Origin: a virus
Taxonomy: Duplodnaviria > Caudoviricetes
DNA: 37,609 bases
Virus record (IMG/VR): IMGVR_UViG_3300012665_000335
Location: 1 to 37,609 of that record
Strand: one strand, 5' to 3'
The notes beneath the pieces were generated by a model. The model was not told the DNA's origin and searched no databases. It saw only the letters and a program-made list of their open reading frames with translations. This document shows, piece after piece, positions 20,201-30,300 of this stretch. The stretch's first letter is position 1. Every line of letters begins with the position of its first letter. Both the position numbers and the translations under genes were made by a program.

Positions 20201-22040
20201 AAGAAAGATTATCCGCTCATATGAGAATGAAGAAATCCTTTCAACGAGTTCTGACGTTGTAGTTAAGAAACCTTCTATGACTGCTATTGCAAAGATGGTT
20301 ACAACAAACCCTAACGTAAGCCCAGTTATTGACTTACAGAAATTGTCTCTATTCGCTATTCAAAACTTGGTGAACAATGCAACAGAAACTACAACTAACG
20401 TTGTTGGTGTTGATGATAGAACGGTGCTTCAAGCAGGTAATGTACTCGCAACTGATATAGATTCAGTTGATGCTCCAGGTACTCTTACTTCTTATTTCTT
20501 AAGCAACGTATTTGGTGCCTTTAGTTCTGGTGTTAAAGCATACACCATTAGTGCAGATAACGTTCCAGCTGCAGGACAAATTCAATTGACTGCAACAGGA
20601 ACTGGTGGATTTAAATGGGACGGTACTGGCGCTGGCCAAAGCAAAATTGAAAGATTACAAGTTGGTGATTTGCTTTACACTCTAGCAACTACATCTGGAA
20701 CTTTATCTACTACTGCAAACATTATTGGTGTAGTTTCTGCAGTCACTTCCACTTTACTTACAATCACTAAGAACAATGGCACAGCAACTGGTACTGGATG
20801 GACAGCTCTTGGTGCTGCTTCTGCAACTAACGTAATAACTCAGTTCCTAGTTATAAGTAAACAAGTTTACGGCAGTACTTCTGCTGCGTTCTCAACAAAC
20901 GCTCCAGTCGGTTCTTACCTATACAGCGGTGCCAACCTAATTGGTGAAGTGGCAAGCATTAGTGGTAGCCCACCAACTGGATTCGTTCAGGCAGAGTTGA
21001 CAGGTGCTGCACAGGTTGCTAACGGCACTTCTACAGTCGGTGCAGCATATAAAGTTTCAACACCAGTTGCCAAGTTGACCTTCACCAACAGCGGTGGTTA
21101 TGGTGTTATCTCCACAAACATTGATACTGCAGATAATTTGTTAGGTATCGTTAAGTCTGGTAAGTATCTATACCTAGACGGTATGCCAAGTGCTATCAAC
21201 GGTAAGAAGTATCAAATTACAGATGTTGTAGTTTCAACAGATTCTACAGTTAACGTCGGTAACGAAGAACGTGACAAGATTACAATTACTGTATCACCTG
21301 AGTTTGCATTCCCATCTGGTGTCACTACTTACACACTAGATCTAATTAACAACTACATATATGTACAAGGTAGTGGTAAGTTAGCGGTTGGAACTGGCGC
21401 ATCGACAGCTTCTCCAGTAGTGTTTGGTAATGCTTCTACCAAATTTACCACTGAAGTTGCGGTTGGTGATGTAATAACCCTTAGAGCGAATGGTGGAGAT
21501 ACCATTGCAGGAACTGTAACAGGTAATCTGATCGGTTATGTAAGATCTATCACAAGCGATACTGAACTTCGTCTTGGTACTAGCTCGACAGATGTTGTTT
21601 CTAGCACTACCGCTGCTGATGTCTTCTACTATATCCGCAAGCCAGTACCTAACTTCCGTATCGCTCAGATGGATAAGTTTGTCGAAGACTGGGCACCAGT
21701 TGGTAGCTCCAATTACGCAAACTATATAACTAGACCGCTTGTCCTTTCTAACCCTGCAGACTCTATTAAGATCCTATTCGATTCCAATAGACCGCAAGGA
21801 ACTGACATAAAGGTTTATTACAAAGCATGGACTGGTAACGTTGACTTGAATACTCTTGAGTATGTTGATAGTGGATTCACTCTGGCTTCGGTAGATCCTA
21901 TTGATGCATTCAATGAGAGAGAACTTGACATTATAGACATCACTCCATTCACTAGCATGATCATTAAGATTGTGATGAAGTCTTCTAATCCAGCGAATGT
22001 ACCTAAAGTCAAGAACCTAAGAATTATTACACACTCCTAA
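14217..22040 (+). CDS. Large virion structural protein, DUF4815 / VrlC-like (2607 aa)
   Basis: NFNVAPYYDDF....YLRILFRPGYAVQARELTQLQTILQ.Q..RFGDHVFKNGS, APGAHRY, LARRTYDQSGDY, PGKAYIQG, RRYTMRDI..LEKRI.NLEYY, DRFKNGFIVD.F, DPIAQTF, SPVIDL and C-terminal IKIVM.S.N...VPK...LR. Typical position after gp8 in environmental T4-likes. Confidence 0.88.
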   Translation: MAINFNVAPYYDDFNEDNDYLRILFRPGYAVQARELTQLQTILQKQVSRFGDHVFKNGSLVVPGSVNVDNQIHFAKLDNVYLSQTVRNYLPQFVNKIVTGVESGVKALVVDTSECECVIEDKDIPTLYYKIESPGGDEGTVKRFIPGETIVAYAVDNTVTSNYRLIADQTSDLFVTVKSFGDNGVAATTYSNIPTSDVLGYAFAVEVEAGVYYIDGFFVKNQEMHLYVGRFNTTPSFRVGFEVTESIVTPEEEPNLADNSQGSTNYAAPGAHRYRISVNLIKLPLDSTDDIRFIELLRVVQGRVQNKIEKASYAELEKTLARRTYDQSGDYEVNKFKLNTREHLNQNGDGVYPAIPTSGEVVADQIYGDEDKFVVAVDPGKAYIQGFEVEVTATQFIPFNKARENTITGDEGGHIIREEDYPVATPIGNYVIVNNVYNYPNIATSQLVYLYDVPRKVSNGATVTVTYADGTPPPLADKIGTARVKAFQTNSSAYNNDATEFKLGLFDIQMDTGSDGNKYDFAKSVKSIAGATTGTTVFTCDIVGEQYQLLGAGTVTNGSTNVAGIGTLFTEQVRDGDILYVDGTAVGMIATPLATGVPSNIALVLSANYGGTTRTGVLSVMRATIQEARYDSLIFQSAFKTLKTLRGQDADGNDTVKSSIQTVRRIITAQTSAGGEWSYTLASPSEFFQSVQDLSNYTLFAASTNTFVNLTSSNITLDATLQTVTISASLSANASYTLITSILQRGIPAGEKTKSLQLNQNATFTGRKVVNESILTLPHADVLRIVDIRVNPGNYDAYVEGSSVSILDKYIFDNGQRVSHYQAASVSLLPNVAPPSGAIQIKYDYFEHTGSGNYFSVDSYAGSIAIAANNFTYGDIPSFPVRGTDGKTTTVYLHDVLDYRPVISGSNTFAPELPKIGEDFNTSIAYYLPRIDKLILDSTGRFVVIQGIPAVQPKDPQDPKEGMVLATVAIPAFTKSFRDVRVFGRDNRRYTMRDIAGLEKRISNLEYYVSLTLLEQETSTLAIKDGTTGLDRFKNGFIVDQFTGHGVGDVKNIDYRIAVDPNKGELRPMHFTDALDIVEDVTSSDERFSKSYQKTGDIITLPYTTSLTVFNPYGTRTIDVNPYKIAAFKGEVTLIPEGDNWKDTDRRPDLVVTDNNNFDAIKFMADTLGVTGTQWGAWQTQWTGSSSTSSSSESTSGWVTTGYETTTTVDTGVTSRTGIQTSLQSSVNQIDYGDRVVDISFAEFMRARPVSFLALNLKPLTKFYAFFDDESVTDYCQQADVFKLTRASGATFMKFDLESVRERVVATDPQRTYRAQAEPAFQVGDVIENSVHTAATIQTMTNISSVTDPLGLPSFTLTVNSTTGLGVGHHVQLYNLGAGALSNIITYEKITRQQTTIINRSLLTSKQLNNRVFKISAISGTTVTLVSLDGRNIAPFDSYNKLAYRGTDGGKLLRLRASGVVIGDGIIDSVDTDGISPLVQDVHVVNIKNGFSIGEAVTGVVSFPGSARNRATITGINGNTTTGSLPVMVTMGAGIRTDASGNAFGVFYLPNNNNIKFRTGEKDFKLIDNISNSDADFDSKGSITYFSTGVTLSKERTIVNSRTANFVRDRVYEAIPARRVSTSTRVLYQIDRTPRPPPRRHDPIAQTFTISALGGAFITHVDLYFSEAGNRPITVEIRNTNLDVPSTKIVPQSVVTKMPSQILTSVDGSVATRFTFPAPLYLQDNESYALVVKTDEPGCQIFVSEVGKEDIVTGNLVASNPLTGSLYLSQNSKEFEINPLLDLKFRLYKADFETNTVAQVQFKTQPPKAVTLLDNPFEISTGTDVVRVHHRRHGFTAGDTVLIENVEVYSDLDTQALKYYGTGSSSYGIPAEVLNGAHEVLADGIDLDSFCIRIQTQDEYIDENGLSDPNILITAVGGVEPATVAEGLALLIKGNYGGTGVRATRQLFVDYLYLKADAISPTDTKVDWTIQAMSQDNSVTGYQPLSQNTDFSFGSRKIIRSYENEEILSTSSDVVVKKPSMTAIAKMVTTNPNVSPVIDLQKLSLFAIQNLVNNATETTTNVVGVDDRTVLQAGNVLATDIDSVDAPGTLTSYFLSNVFGAFSSGVKAYTISADNVPAAGQIQLTATGTGGFKWDGTGAGQSKIERLQVGDLLYTLATTSGTLSTTANIIGVVSAVTSTLLTITKNNGTATGTGWTALGAASATNVITQFLVISKQVYGSTSAAFSTNAPVGSYLYSGANLIGEVASISGSPPTGFVQAELTGAAQVANGTSTVGAAYKVSTPVAKLTFTNSGGYGVISTNIDTADNLLGIVKSGKYLYLDGMPSAINGKKYQITDVVVSTDSTVNVGNEERDKITITVSPEFAFPSGVTTYTLDLINNYIYVQGSGKLAVGTGASTASPVVFGNASTKFTTEVAVGDVITLRANGGDTIAGTVTGNLIGYVRSITSDTELRLGTSSTDVVSSTTAADVFYYIRKPVPNFRIAQMDKFVEDWAPVGSSNYANYITRPLVLSNPADSIKILFDSNRPQGTDIKVYYKAWTGNVDLNTLEYVDSGFTLASVDPIDAFNERELDIIDITPFTSMIIKIVMKSSNPANVPKVKNLRIITHS

Positions 22041-22288
22041 TGACTACTATTGCTAAAGTGACTGACAATCCAGGGCTAGTGAAAGACCTAGCTACTGGAG
22101 GTGTTATTAACGTTGATGACCAAAGATATAAAGAGCACATGAAAGTAAAAACCATTGCTCAAAAATCTGTCAACGAAAAGAAAGCTATGAATTACAGCAT
22201 AGACCATATTAATGGAGAAATAAATAACTTAAAGCAGGATGTTGACGCTATCAAACAGATGCTTCAACTTTTAATAGACAGGAAATAA
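22040..22288 (+). CDS. Small hypothetical protein with C-terminal coiled coil
   Basis: TAATG-coupled to the upstream gene. KV...PGLVKD..TGGVIN.D motif, then heptad-like INNLKQDVDAIKQMLQLL. Confidence 0.8.
   Translation: MTTIAKVTDNPGLVKDLATGGVINVDDQRYKEHMKVKTIAQKSVNEKKAMNYSIDHINGEINNLKQDVDAIKQMLQLLIDRK
22219..22226 (+). promoter_or_regulatory. Late promoter candidate (AATAAATA) upstream of the 72-aa gene
   Basis: 7/8 match, 65 nt upstream of the ATG at 22292, inside coding sequence. Confidence 0.5.
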
Positions 22289-22291
22289 CAT

Positions 22292-22510
22292 ATGGCACTA
22301 CCATATCAATCTACGCCAGTACAAAGCATTCCGCAAACTGATAACTTCGACCAATGGCGTATAAAGACCAACGAAGTCATCAGTAGAACCAATGCACATG
22401 AGATCAAGATCGGCGATCTGAATGAGCTGCTAGATCCACAAACTAATCTGGTAGATGCCGTTAATTCAGGACGTCAGTTCTCAATTGCCATCACCTTGGC
22501 ACTTGCGTAA
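22292..22510 (+). CDS. 72-aa putative fibre adaptor
   Basis: N-terminal TDNFDQWRIKTNE motif as at the start of many T4-like fibres, then IGDL..L.....NLV.AVN and a hydrophobic C-terminus FSIAITLALA. Confidence 0.7.
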   Translation: MALPYQSTPVQSIPQTDNFDQWRIKTNEVISRTNAHEIKIGDLNELLDPQTNLVDAVNSGRQFSIAITLALA

Positions 22511-22524
22511 TATAGGAACCCAAA

Positions 22525-22848
22525 ATGGCAAACGTATTTAAAAACGAATTAAAGAAAAACGTTGGCACTAGCCCAACAGTTGTTTACACATCGCCAGTTA
22601 GCACGTCATCAATCGTAATTGAATTAGACGTCTGTAATACAACTAACGGTGCGGTGCAGTGTGATGTGCTAATCACATCAGCTACTGTAGACTACTATGT
22701 TGTAAAGAACGCACCAGTACCAGTGGGCGGTGCGCTTCAGGTTATTTCTGGTCAGAAAATCGTACTACAAGCTGGCGATTCAATTAGCGTTAGATCTAAC
22801 ACTGCAAGTGCGCTTGACGTTGTAGCGTCTATTCTTGAGGACGTATAA
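22525..22848 (+). CDS. 107-aa beta-rich hypothetical virion protein
   Basis: AGGA RBS. MANVFKN...VGTS...VYT.P, V.NTT, VKNAPVPVGGAL, KIVLQAGDSI.V.S....ALDVV.SILE. The alternating beta pattern suggests a small jelly roll. Confidence 0.8.
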   Translation: MANVFKNELKKNVGTSPTVVYTSPVSTSSIVIELDVCNTTNGAVQCDVLITSATVDYYVVKNAPVPVGGALQVISGQKIVLQAGDSISVRSNTASALDVVASILEDV

Positions 22849-24026
22849 TGGCTTATATCGGTAACACCTATGCGGATAGATCTAGCGGATCTAGACCTAG
22901 AGATGATTTTATTGGAGATGGTACTCAAAGCACCTTTGTGTTATCTCAAGGTGTTCCAGGTGGATACGAGAGTAGCATTAGAGTTGTTGTAGATAACGTA
23001 CAACAAGAACCAATCGAAGCGTATAAAATTGTAAGATTACTACGTTTAACTATCATCAATCAGCTTAACGACTTCGTTAAGAATGATGTACTCACTCAAA
23101 CTGGCAGCGGTGCCACAGGTAGAATCGTCAACGCACCATATAATGCTGGATATGTTGACGTACTAGAAACCTCCGTAGCAGATTTTGTAGCTTCCAACAC
23201 ACGTGTTGATGGAACGATTGACGGTATTGGTTATGTCTCCAGTATTCAACAGTTAGATGGTTATGGTTTACAGTTCACTAGCGTTCCAGAATCTGGTGCA
23301 GTAATCTACATAATTCATGATGGTGGCGAGACATACCAACTCCAACCAGCTGCAGGTTCCGTCACTCCAGAAAGTCTTTCTGAAAACCTAAGAAACTTTG
23401 TGGTTGATAAATTTACTGCAACTGCAGGTCAAACAGATTTTACGCTTTCACAGACTGAAATATCTGCCAACTCTTTATTGGTAATTATTGATGGGGAAGT
23501 TAAGACTGCAATTGACGATTACACCCTTTCTAATAATGGCGCTACAGTAACTCTAACAACAGGCGCACTTGTTGGTGCAAAGGTTGTTGTTATCCATCTT
23601 GGGTTTGGTACTGTTTCTCGCCATGCTATTCAAGAAGTTGGCGAGTTTACGCCATCGTTGAAGATAGGTGGCAACTCAGTTAACCTTAGCTACAGTACAA
23701 GAACTGGCAGCTACACCAAGACTGGTAACTTGGTAAACACAATCATCTCTCTACGTTTAGTTCAGATTGGCACATCTACTGGGGTTCTTACTCTGCAGGG
23801 ATTGCCATACTTCTCATATGGCTCAAGCGTACAGAACGCCACAATCCTAATCGAAGATTGTCAGCAACTTGGTGGTACTCCTATCGCTAAACTACCTGTT
23901 GATTCTACAACTTTACAACTTGGATATCTAAACTTCTCGAGTGGTTTGTGGCAGCAATTTACAGAGTCGATATTAAATAACTCTACAAGTATTTCAATAA
24001 ACTTCACTTACACTGCTGCTAAATAA
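22848..24026 (+). CDS. Putative tail fibre / receptor-binding protein (392 aa)
   Basis: MAYIGN start. Two copies of a D.F....Q..F.LSQ...V..D.V....Y domain. C-terminal E.GEFTP...G.YTK.GNLV...GLPY...FTY tip-like domain. Confidence 0.7.
   Translation: MAYIGNTYADRSSGSRPRDDFIGDGTQSTFVLSQGVPGGYESSIRVVVDNVQQEPIEAYKIVRLLRLTIINQLNDFVKNDVLTQTGSGATGRIVNAPYNAGYVDVLETSVADFVASNTRVDGTIDGIGYVSSIQQLDGYGLQFTSVPESGAVIYIIHDGGETYQLQPAAGSVTPESLSENLRNFVVDKFTATAGQTDFTLSQTEISANSLLVIIDGEVKTAIDDYTLSNNGATVTLTTGALVGAKVVVIHLGFGTVSRHAIQEVGEFTPSLKIGGNSVNLSYSTRTGSYTKTGNLVNTIISLRLVQIGTSTGVLTLQGLPYFSYGSSVQNATILIEDCQQLGGTPIAKLPVDSTTLQLGYLNFSSGLWQQFTESILNNSTSISINFTYTAAK
24018..24025 (+). promoter_or_regulatory. Late promoter candidate (GCTAAATA) overlapping the stop of the 392-aa gene
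   Basis: TAAATA core 21 nt upstream of the ATG at 24047, followed by an AAGGA RBS. Confidence 0.55.
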
Positions 24027-24046
24027 GAGATACGAAGGAAAAATCT

Positions 24047-24274
24047 ATGGCGATCAGTAAAATCAAGTCCACTTCCCTGCAAGACAACATCAAACTACAA
24101 GGCGATATTGTCGATCTCCCAGGTGGCACATCTGCAGAGCGAACAACCAACCCAGAGGGTGGTAACATTCGCTATAACGAAAGCCTTAGAAAGATCGAAG
24201 TCTATAACGGTGCAAGTTGGGACTCGCTTAATCCACAGTCTTTGCAGATCGCACTTTCCATTGCACTAGCGTAA
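24047..24274 (+). CDS. 75-aa putative fibre adaptor
   Basis: MAISKIK start. LP.GT.AER....G.IRYN.....E.Y.G..W fibre motif. Hydrophobic C-terminus LQIALSIALA. Confidence 0.72.
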   Translation: MAISKIKSTSLQDNIKLQGDIVDLPGGTSAERTTNPEGGNIRYNESLRKIEVYNGASWDSLNPQSLQIALSIALA

Positions 24275-24302
24275 ACTAATTAGAATTGATCAGAGGAAAT
24301 AA

Positions 24303-27300
24303 ATGGCTAAGAAACTCATAGCAACAGGTTATAGAATTGATAGAGCAACAAACTCAATCTATTTGGAAGGTAACATCCTACTACAAAGATTGCTGCTAAT
24401 CACAGATGTAACAATTAATCGAATTGTCTACAACTTTGCGGATGAAGGTTCTGGGGTTCTCTCCATCCAGTATGATCAAACTACTGGCGAAACTCGTCTA
24501 ATCTGCCGTCAATCTTTCCCAGAACTGGGTATCAATAATGCAGACACTCTTCAAGTTCTTATTGAAGAAGACTCAACTCAGTTCCGTCCAGATGAAACAT
24601 TCGTCGACCCTGTTTCTAAATTCCGTGTTTCTCAACCAGAAAACTTGATCGACACCGACTTTGAATATGGTCTACAGACTACAAAGTGGGAAACACTAAA
24701 GCTAGTTAACAACATTCCTTCCTTCTATTCTAAGGGTGGTGCCGTTCCTATTACTGTTACTTCTGTACAGTCTAACATTGGTTCTAGCACTATTCTTGTT
24801 ACAGCACCTAGCCATGGATTAACTGCTGGTTCTCCATTCGAGATGACTGGTTTGACTAACTCTCAGTTCGAGGGTGGCTTCATTGTTACTGCTGTAATCA
24901 ACACTAATCAGTTCACTTACTTGCTATCGTTTAACTCAACGATCAGCCAAGAATTGGCTACAGTTTATACAGCATGTTTACCAGGTGCGTTCTACTTTGG
25001 TTCTCAGATCTCCGTTGTGGATATCGAGACCAACGGCACTAACCCATCACACTTGACTGTAACTACACGTTTCCCACATGGCTTCTCTCTAAACACTCCG
25101 TTCTACTTCTTGAACACTGTTGCGGTTTATCGTCAAGACATTCCAAGCGTAAACTTTGTTATTGATGATACTGTAACTTCTGTAAAGAGCACAACCTCTA
25201 CTACTCTTGGTGAATCCACCCAAGATTATCGTGTCACCTCAGTTAACCCATATAAGTTCTTGGGTAAGAGCACAGTATACTTCGATTCATCTAATATTAA
25301 TATTAAAACTAATGCGCCAATCACTTCTGTTCGTAGAACAGCAGCTGGTGCTGGTTTTATCTCTACTCCTGTTGCTGTTCCAGTATTTGGTTCTGCAAAC
25401 AGTAACACAGTCAGCTTTACTGCAGCAACTGGCAGCAACCTAAACCAGATCACTTTAACTGGTACTACAACAATGCAAACTGGCGACCGTGTGGAATACC
25501 ACGCCACCACCAGCGCTGCTACTACTATTAGATCAAACACAACTAGCTTATTAGCCAAAGATCCATTAAACTATCTCTCTCAAGGTCGTTTCTTGGGTTC
25601 TCCAGAAACTACTAACGCTGGTGACGGTACTAGCGGTACACAAGGTGGTATCGGTGGTACAAACGCAGCACAAGTATCTGGTTACTCACCAGCTTCAATG
25701 GGCGGTCCAGTAAACATTCTTTTTGGTTCTGCTATCGGTACACCAAGTTGTATTTTGCGTGTTGTATTTGCGCAGTATTTTGGTACTATCCAAATTGGTC
25801 AAAATATTCAAGTGTTTAACGGTGCAACTGCTGTTCTACCAGTCGGTTCTACCATCACTGGTATTACTGACGTAGATGCTACCTACAAAGATATCACTAT
25901 CCAGTTCCCGTTCCCATTAGCAACTGCTATCGCTGCAGTTAACGGAACAGCAGCATTCTATTCAACATGGATCGATCCTACACAAAATACAATTAGAATT
26001 GACAACCATGGATTCGTTACTGGCGATCGTGTTTTGTATACAGTTCTAGCTGGCGCAACTCCAGCATCAGGTGCACCAGCTCAAGCAGGTCCAGGTGGTT
26101 TAACCACAAACACTGGTTATTTTGTTATTCGTGTTAGCAAAGATAGAATTAAACTTGCAACATCTTATCAGGATGCAATGCGAGGTATACAAATTAACTT
26201 TACTAATATTGGTTCTGGTACATATAATACTGGTAATGCTGGTCGTTTCTTACCTGCTTTGGCGTTCACTTCTAGCTCATCTAGCATTTTCCTTCGAGTA
26301 GTTTCCAACACAACAAATGCTGTTGTATCTCTACACCCAACTTCCGCTGATTCTATCGCTGGTACTAACCCAATTTTGTTCACCTCAAATGCTGGTTCGC
26401 ACCAATTGGCAGCTGGACGTGCATTGTTAACTACAAGTATTTCAAACGGATCCCTATCTACAGTTGCTGTTGTTGATGGTGGTTATTCTTATGATAAGAA
26501 TTCTGCAGTAGCAATTACTGCTTATCAAACACAACGTTCTCTAGCTCTACCAACAACTAACGGTGGTACTCTTCCAAGCGGTTCTACGAATCAGTTACGT
26601 TTCCTTCCGCAAGATGGTGAGCCAGCAATCTATCAGAACATGCTTTGTTCTGGAACAGGCTTCACTGCAGCTACTGTACAATCTGTTACTGGTCCAGACG
26701 TTAATGGTTTAATTACAGTTCAGTTGACTGCGTCGAACAGTGCGATAGTTAACCATGGAGATGTTTATACATTCTCTGATCCATCTCAAACTGCAGCATC
26801 TGCAGTTCCTGATGTTCGTGTCAGCTGTATTAACCTTCCTTCTCATGGTTATGAGATTGGCGATCCAATCTTTTTCACGAACCCTCCAGGTAATACATAC
26901 CCGACTGGTATCACACCTTCCAGAACATACTTCGCTTATCCGATAGATGAAAATAACTTTGCGTTGAGCGTAGCATTCCCAGGAACTGGTACCACCGCAG
27001 CGTTTACTCAGGCTAACAGTAATGCACGTGTTGCTATTACTGCTATTGGTAGCGTAGTAAGTAATCGTAAATTTATGATGACACGTGCTTACCGTATCAC
27101 TGGATCGGCAACAGCCAACGCTATTCCTGTGTCTGTCTTCTTAGCTACTTTTGGTCTTTCAACTAATGACGCACTAATCATCACTTCTGATGCAGCAGCC
27201 ACTGGTACATTAACAGGTGTTACTGCTTCTACTGCTGAGTCTGCTCCTTATAATAATGCTAACCATACGATCTATTATGTTAGAACAGTAACTGCACAGA

Positions 27301-30300
27301 GCGCAAATATTTCTACTGTAACAGTTTCTACTTCTACTGGTGGCGCAATCGCTCCAGTATCTACTAAGTCTGCAACAGGCGAAGTGTTTATTGCACCAGT
27401 TATATTGATTGCAGATTCAGACTCGATCTACATTCCTGATCATGGATTCTCTGAAGACGACTACGTTCTTTATACTTCTACTTTAATTCCTATTGCTGGT
27501 ATTTCTGCAGCAGCAGGAACAAATGGATATTTAATTTCTAAACTATCCAACGATAGAATTAAATTGAAGAATCGTTCCACTTCTGCTCTGCTTGATCTGC
27601 AGTCCTTTGGAACAGGTCAACACATCTTCACGAACACCAAGTATAGTTCTACTGCAAACACTATCAACAAGACTGCTCATGGATTCTTGGCTAACCAATC
27701 AATTAGCTATGACTCTGGTGGTAATCCAATCATTGACGGTTTAAAGAACTCTCAAGCATACTACGTCAAACAAGTTAACAACAATGCATTCCGTGTTTCT
27801 GATACGGTCGCTGAGTTGGCTATTGCTTCTGTCACTACATCTGGTTTTGGTGCAGCACCTACTGCTGCTGAAATTACAGCAAGTAAAACCATGACTATTG
27901 TGTTCACAGCAAACCATGGTTTGTCTGTTGGCGACAAAGTAATTATTGCTAACAACCAATTAGATACATTCGTAAATGGTCAGTGGGTCGTTGCAACAGT
28001 TCCAGCTTCACCACTTGTTAACGGTGCAGCTTCTAGTATCACTATTCAAATTCCTGAGTTTATTAACTCTGCGAAGAAGATTACGCAAACTGCTGGCGCA
28101 ATGGGTATTGCATATCGTTACAAAGACATAGGATTTGTAACTTCAAATGACACAATCCTAACTCCAGTTGCTGCAGGTTCTACATTTACTACGGCTAAAG
28201 TTCTTGCTAGCTCTACAGTTAAATTAACTGCTGACGTTGATGGTGGCGGTATTGCTACAAACCACTTAATTGAGACTAGCCCAGTTCTTCCTCTAGAATC
28301 TAAAGTTACTGGTCTTTCTGGTAGTAACGTGCGTAACGTGACTATTACATTTAAGCAAGCGACTATCTCTACTGCTGTTCGTTCAAGTAACGTAACTACA
28401 GTGACTACTTCTTCTGCGCATGGTTATGCTGATCAACAGACAGTGACTATCACTGGCGTCGTTGATGCTACATTTAATACAGACTTCACTCCAGTTATTG
28501 CAACAGTGACTGGACCAAATACCTTCACATATCCTAATGTAGGAACTGATGGTTCTTCTACAGGTGGTACTGCTACGTTGGCATTGACTTCTGCTCAAGC
28601 AGCAGCAATGGCTGCTAACGGTATTAACTCCACGACTCTTGCAAACCCAGCCATTGCTGCTGCTACTGCGGGTGCTGCGTTCACTACAGCTACTATTGCA
28701 ACTTCTGCAACAGGATTATCTAAAGTTGATAAGACTTTAGTGGCGAATGCTGGTTTGATTGGTGGAACAACACTAGTTGTGCCAGATACGACAGGACTAT
28801 TTGTTGGTATGCCAGCAACTGGTGTTGGTCTTGCTACTACTGCGAAGATTAAAACTATTTTCCCAGCTACAACTGCTACCGCTGATGCTGCAACAGTATC
28901 AACAACTACCTTGACTATTGCAGGTAATGTTACTGGAACATTCACTATTGGTATGAGAATTACTGGTGGTACCATTCCAGCTAATACCTTCATCGCTTCT
29001 GGTACATTCCCAACATTCACTCTAAACCAGTCGGCAGCTCCTCAGACTGGCGTGGTGTCTATTACTGGTACTGGGCAGTTGATTGATTTGACTGTACCCC
29101 ATACAGCAGCAACTACTGCATCGGCTTATGCATTCTACAATATACAAGCTGGTCAGGAAGTTTCTCAAGCTACAACTAATGCTTCTACCATTGCTCAAGC
29201 AACTACTGCTTCTGCAAGCACATTCCCTATCGCATCTAGCGCTACGGTAGGTGTTGGTGGTGTGAACACAAACTTGTATGTTAATGGTAATAGAGCAACT
29301 ACTACCTTCACTGAGAATGCAAATGCTGGTACTAGCACCTTTAAGGTAGCTACAACTAACAATACTTACACAACTAACAGAGTTGAGACTACACGCTTCC
29401 AGTTGGATAGTGCTTATACTTCTGCTGTGTTGTTTAACTCTACAGCAAACGCATTCTCTAACACTCGTGTGTTTAACGCTGACTTAGACGTTAATGCTGC
29501 TCAAGATACTATTACGATTACAAACCACCCATATGCTTCTGGTGATCCAGTTAGATATGTTGCTGGCGGTCTAGAACCAACTGGTCTAACCTCTGGCAGT
29601 ACTTACTATGTAATTGTAGTTGACGCTAACACTATTCAATTCGCTTCTAGCTTCTCTGATGCTACTGCACCTACTCCAGTGCCAATCAATATTTCTGGTC
29701 TTGGAACTGGTGCTTTACATGAGATACAATCTGCAGTGTTGCAAGGTAACTCCTTCACTGGTGGCGGTACTCTAGAAGTTGGTATGCATGTTAATATTAC
29801 TGCAGGTACTGGCACTCTTCCACAAGGTTGCTTAGTTACTGAAAAACGTACAATGGTTGGCGGTAGCGGTAACAGACAAGTCGCCTTCGTTATCAGTACT
29901 GGTATCCCAGCTGCACGTATCGGTGCTGCACCAACTGCAGGATCTCCAGCAATCGGAGCTAACGCTGTGGTAACTGGCGTAACGATTCGTGGTGGTGTTG
30001 GTTCTTCTGGATCTACAATCTACACAAACAGCACTACTGGTTTGGCTGTGGGTATGGTTCCAACAATCGTTGCTGGTGCAACTGCAGGAACTCTACCTTC
30101 AGGTACTAGAATTACTGCTATTGCAGGTGATGGTAAATCTTTCACAATTAATACAGTACCAACTGCAGCACTTGTCGGTGCTCAGATTATTGCTGGCGCT
30201 GGTTCTGTTGGTACAACAATTTACTGTTCTGATACTACTGGTTTGGTTGTTGGTCATGTAATCAACGTTGGCACTAGCCAAATCTCTGGCGGTCTTGGTG

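Noticed and set aside
22508-24303. Stop-codon readthrough fusing the IAxxxALA adaptors to the next genes
   Set aside because: The gaps are 14 nt and 28 nt (out of frame), and each downstream gene has its own RBS.
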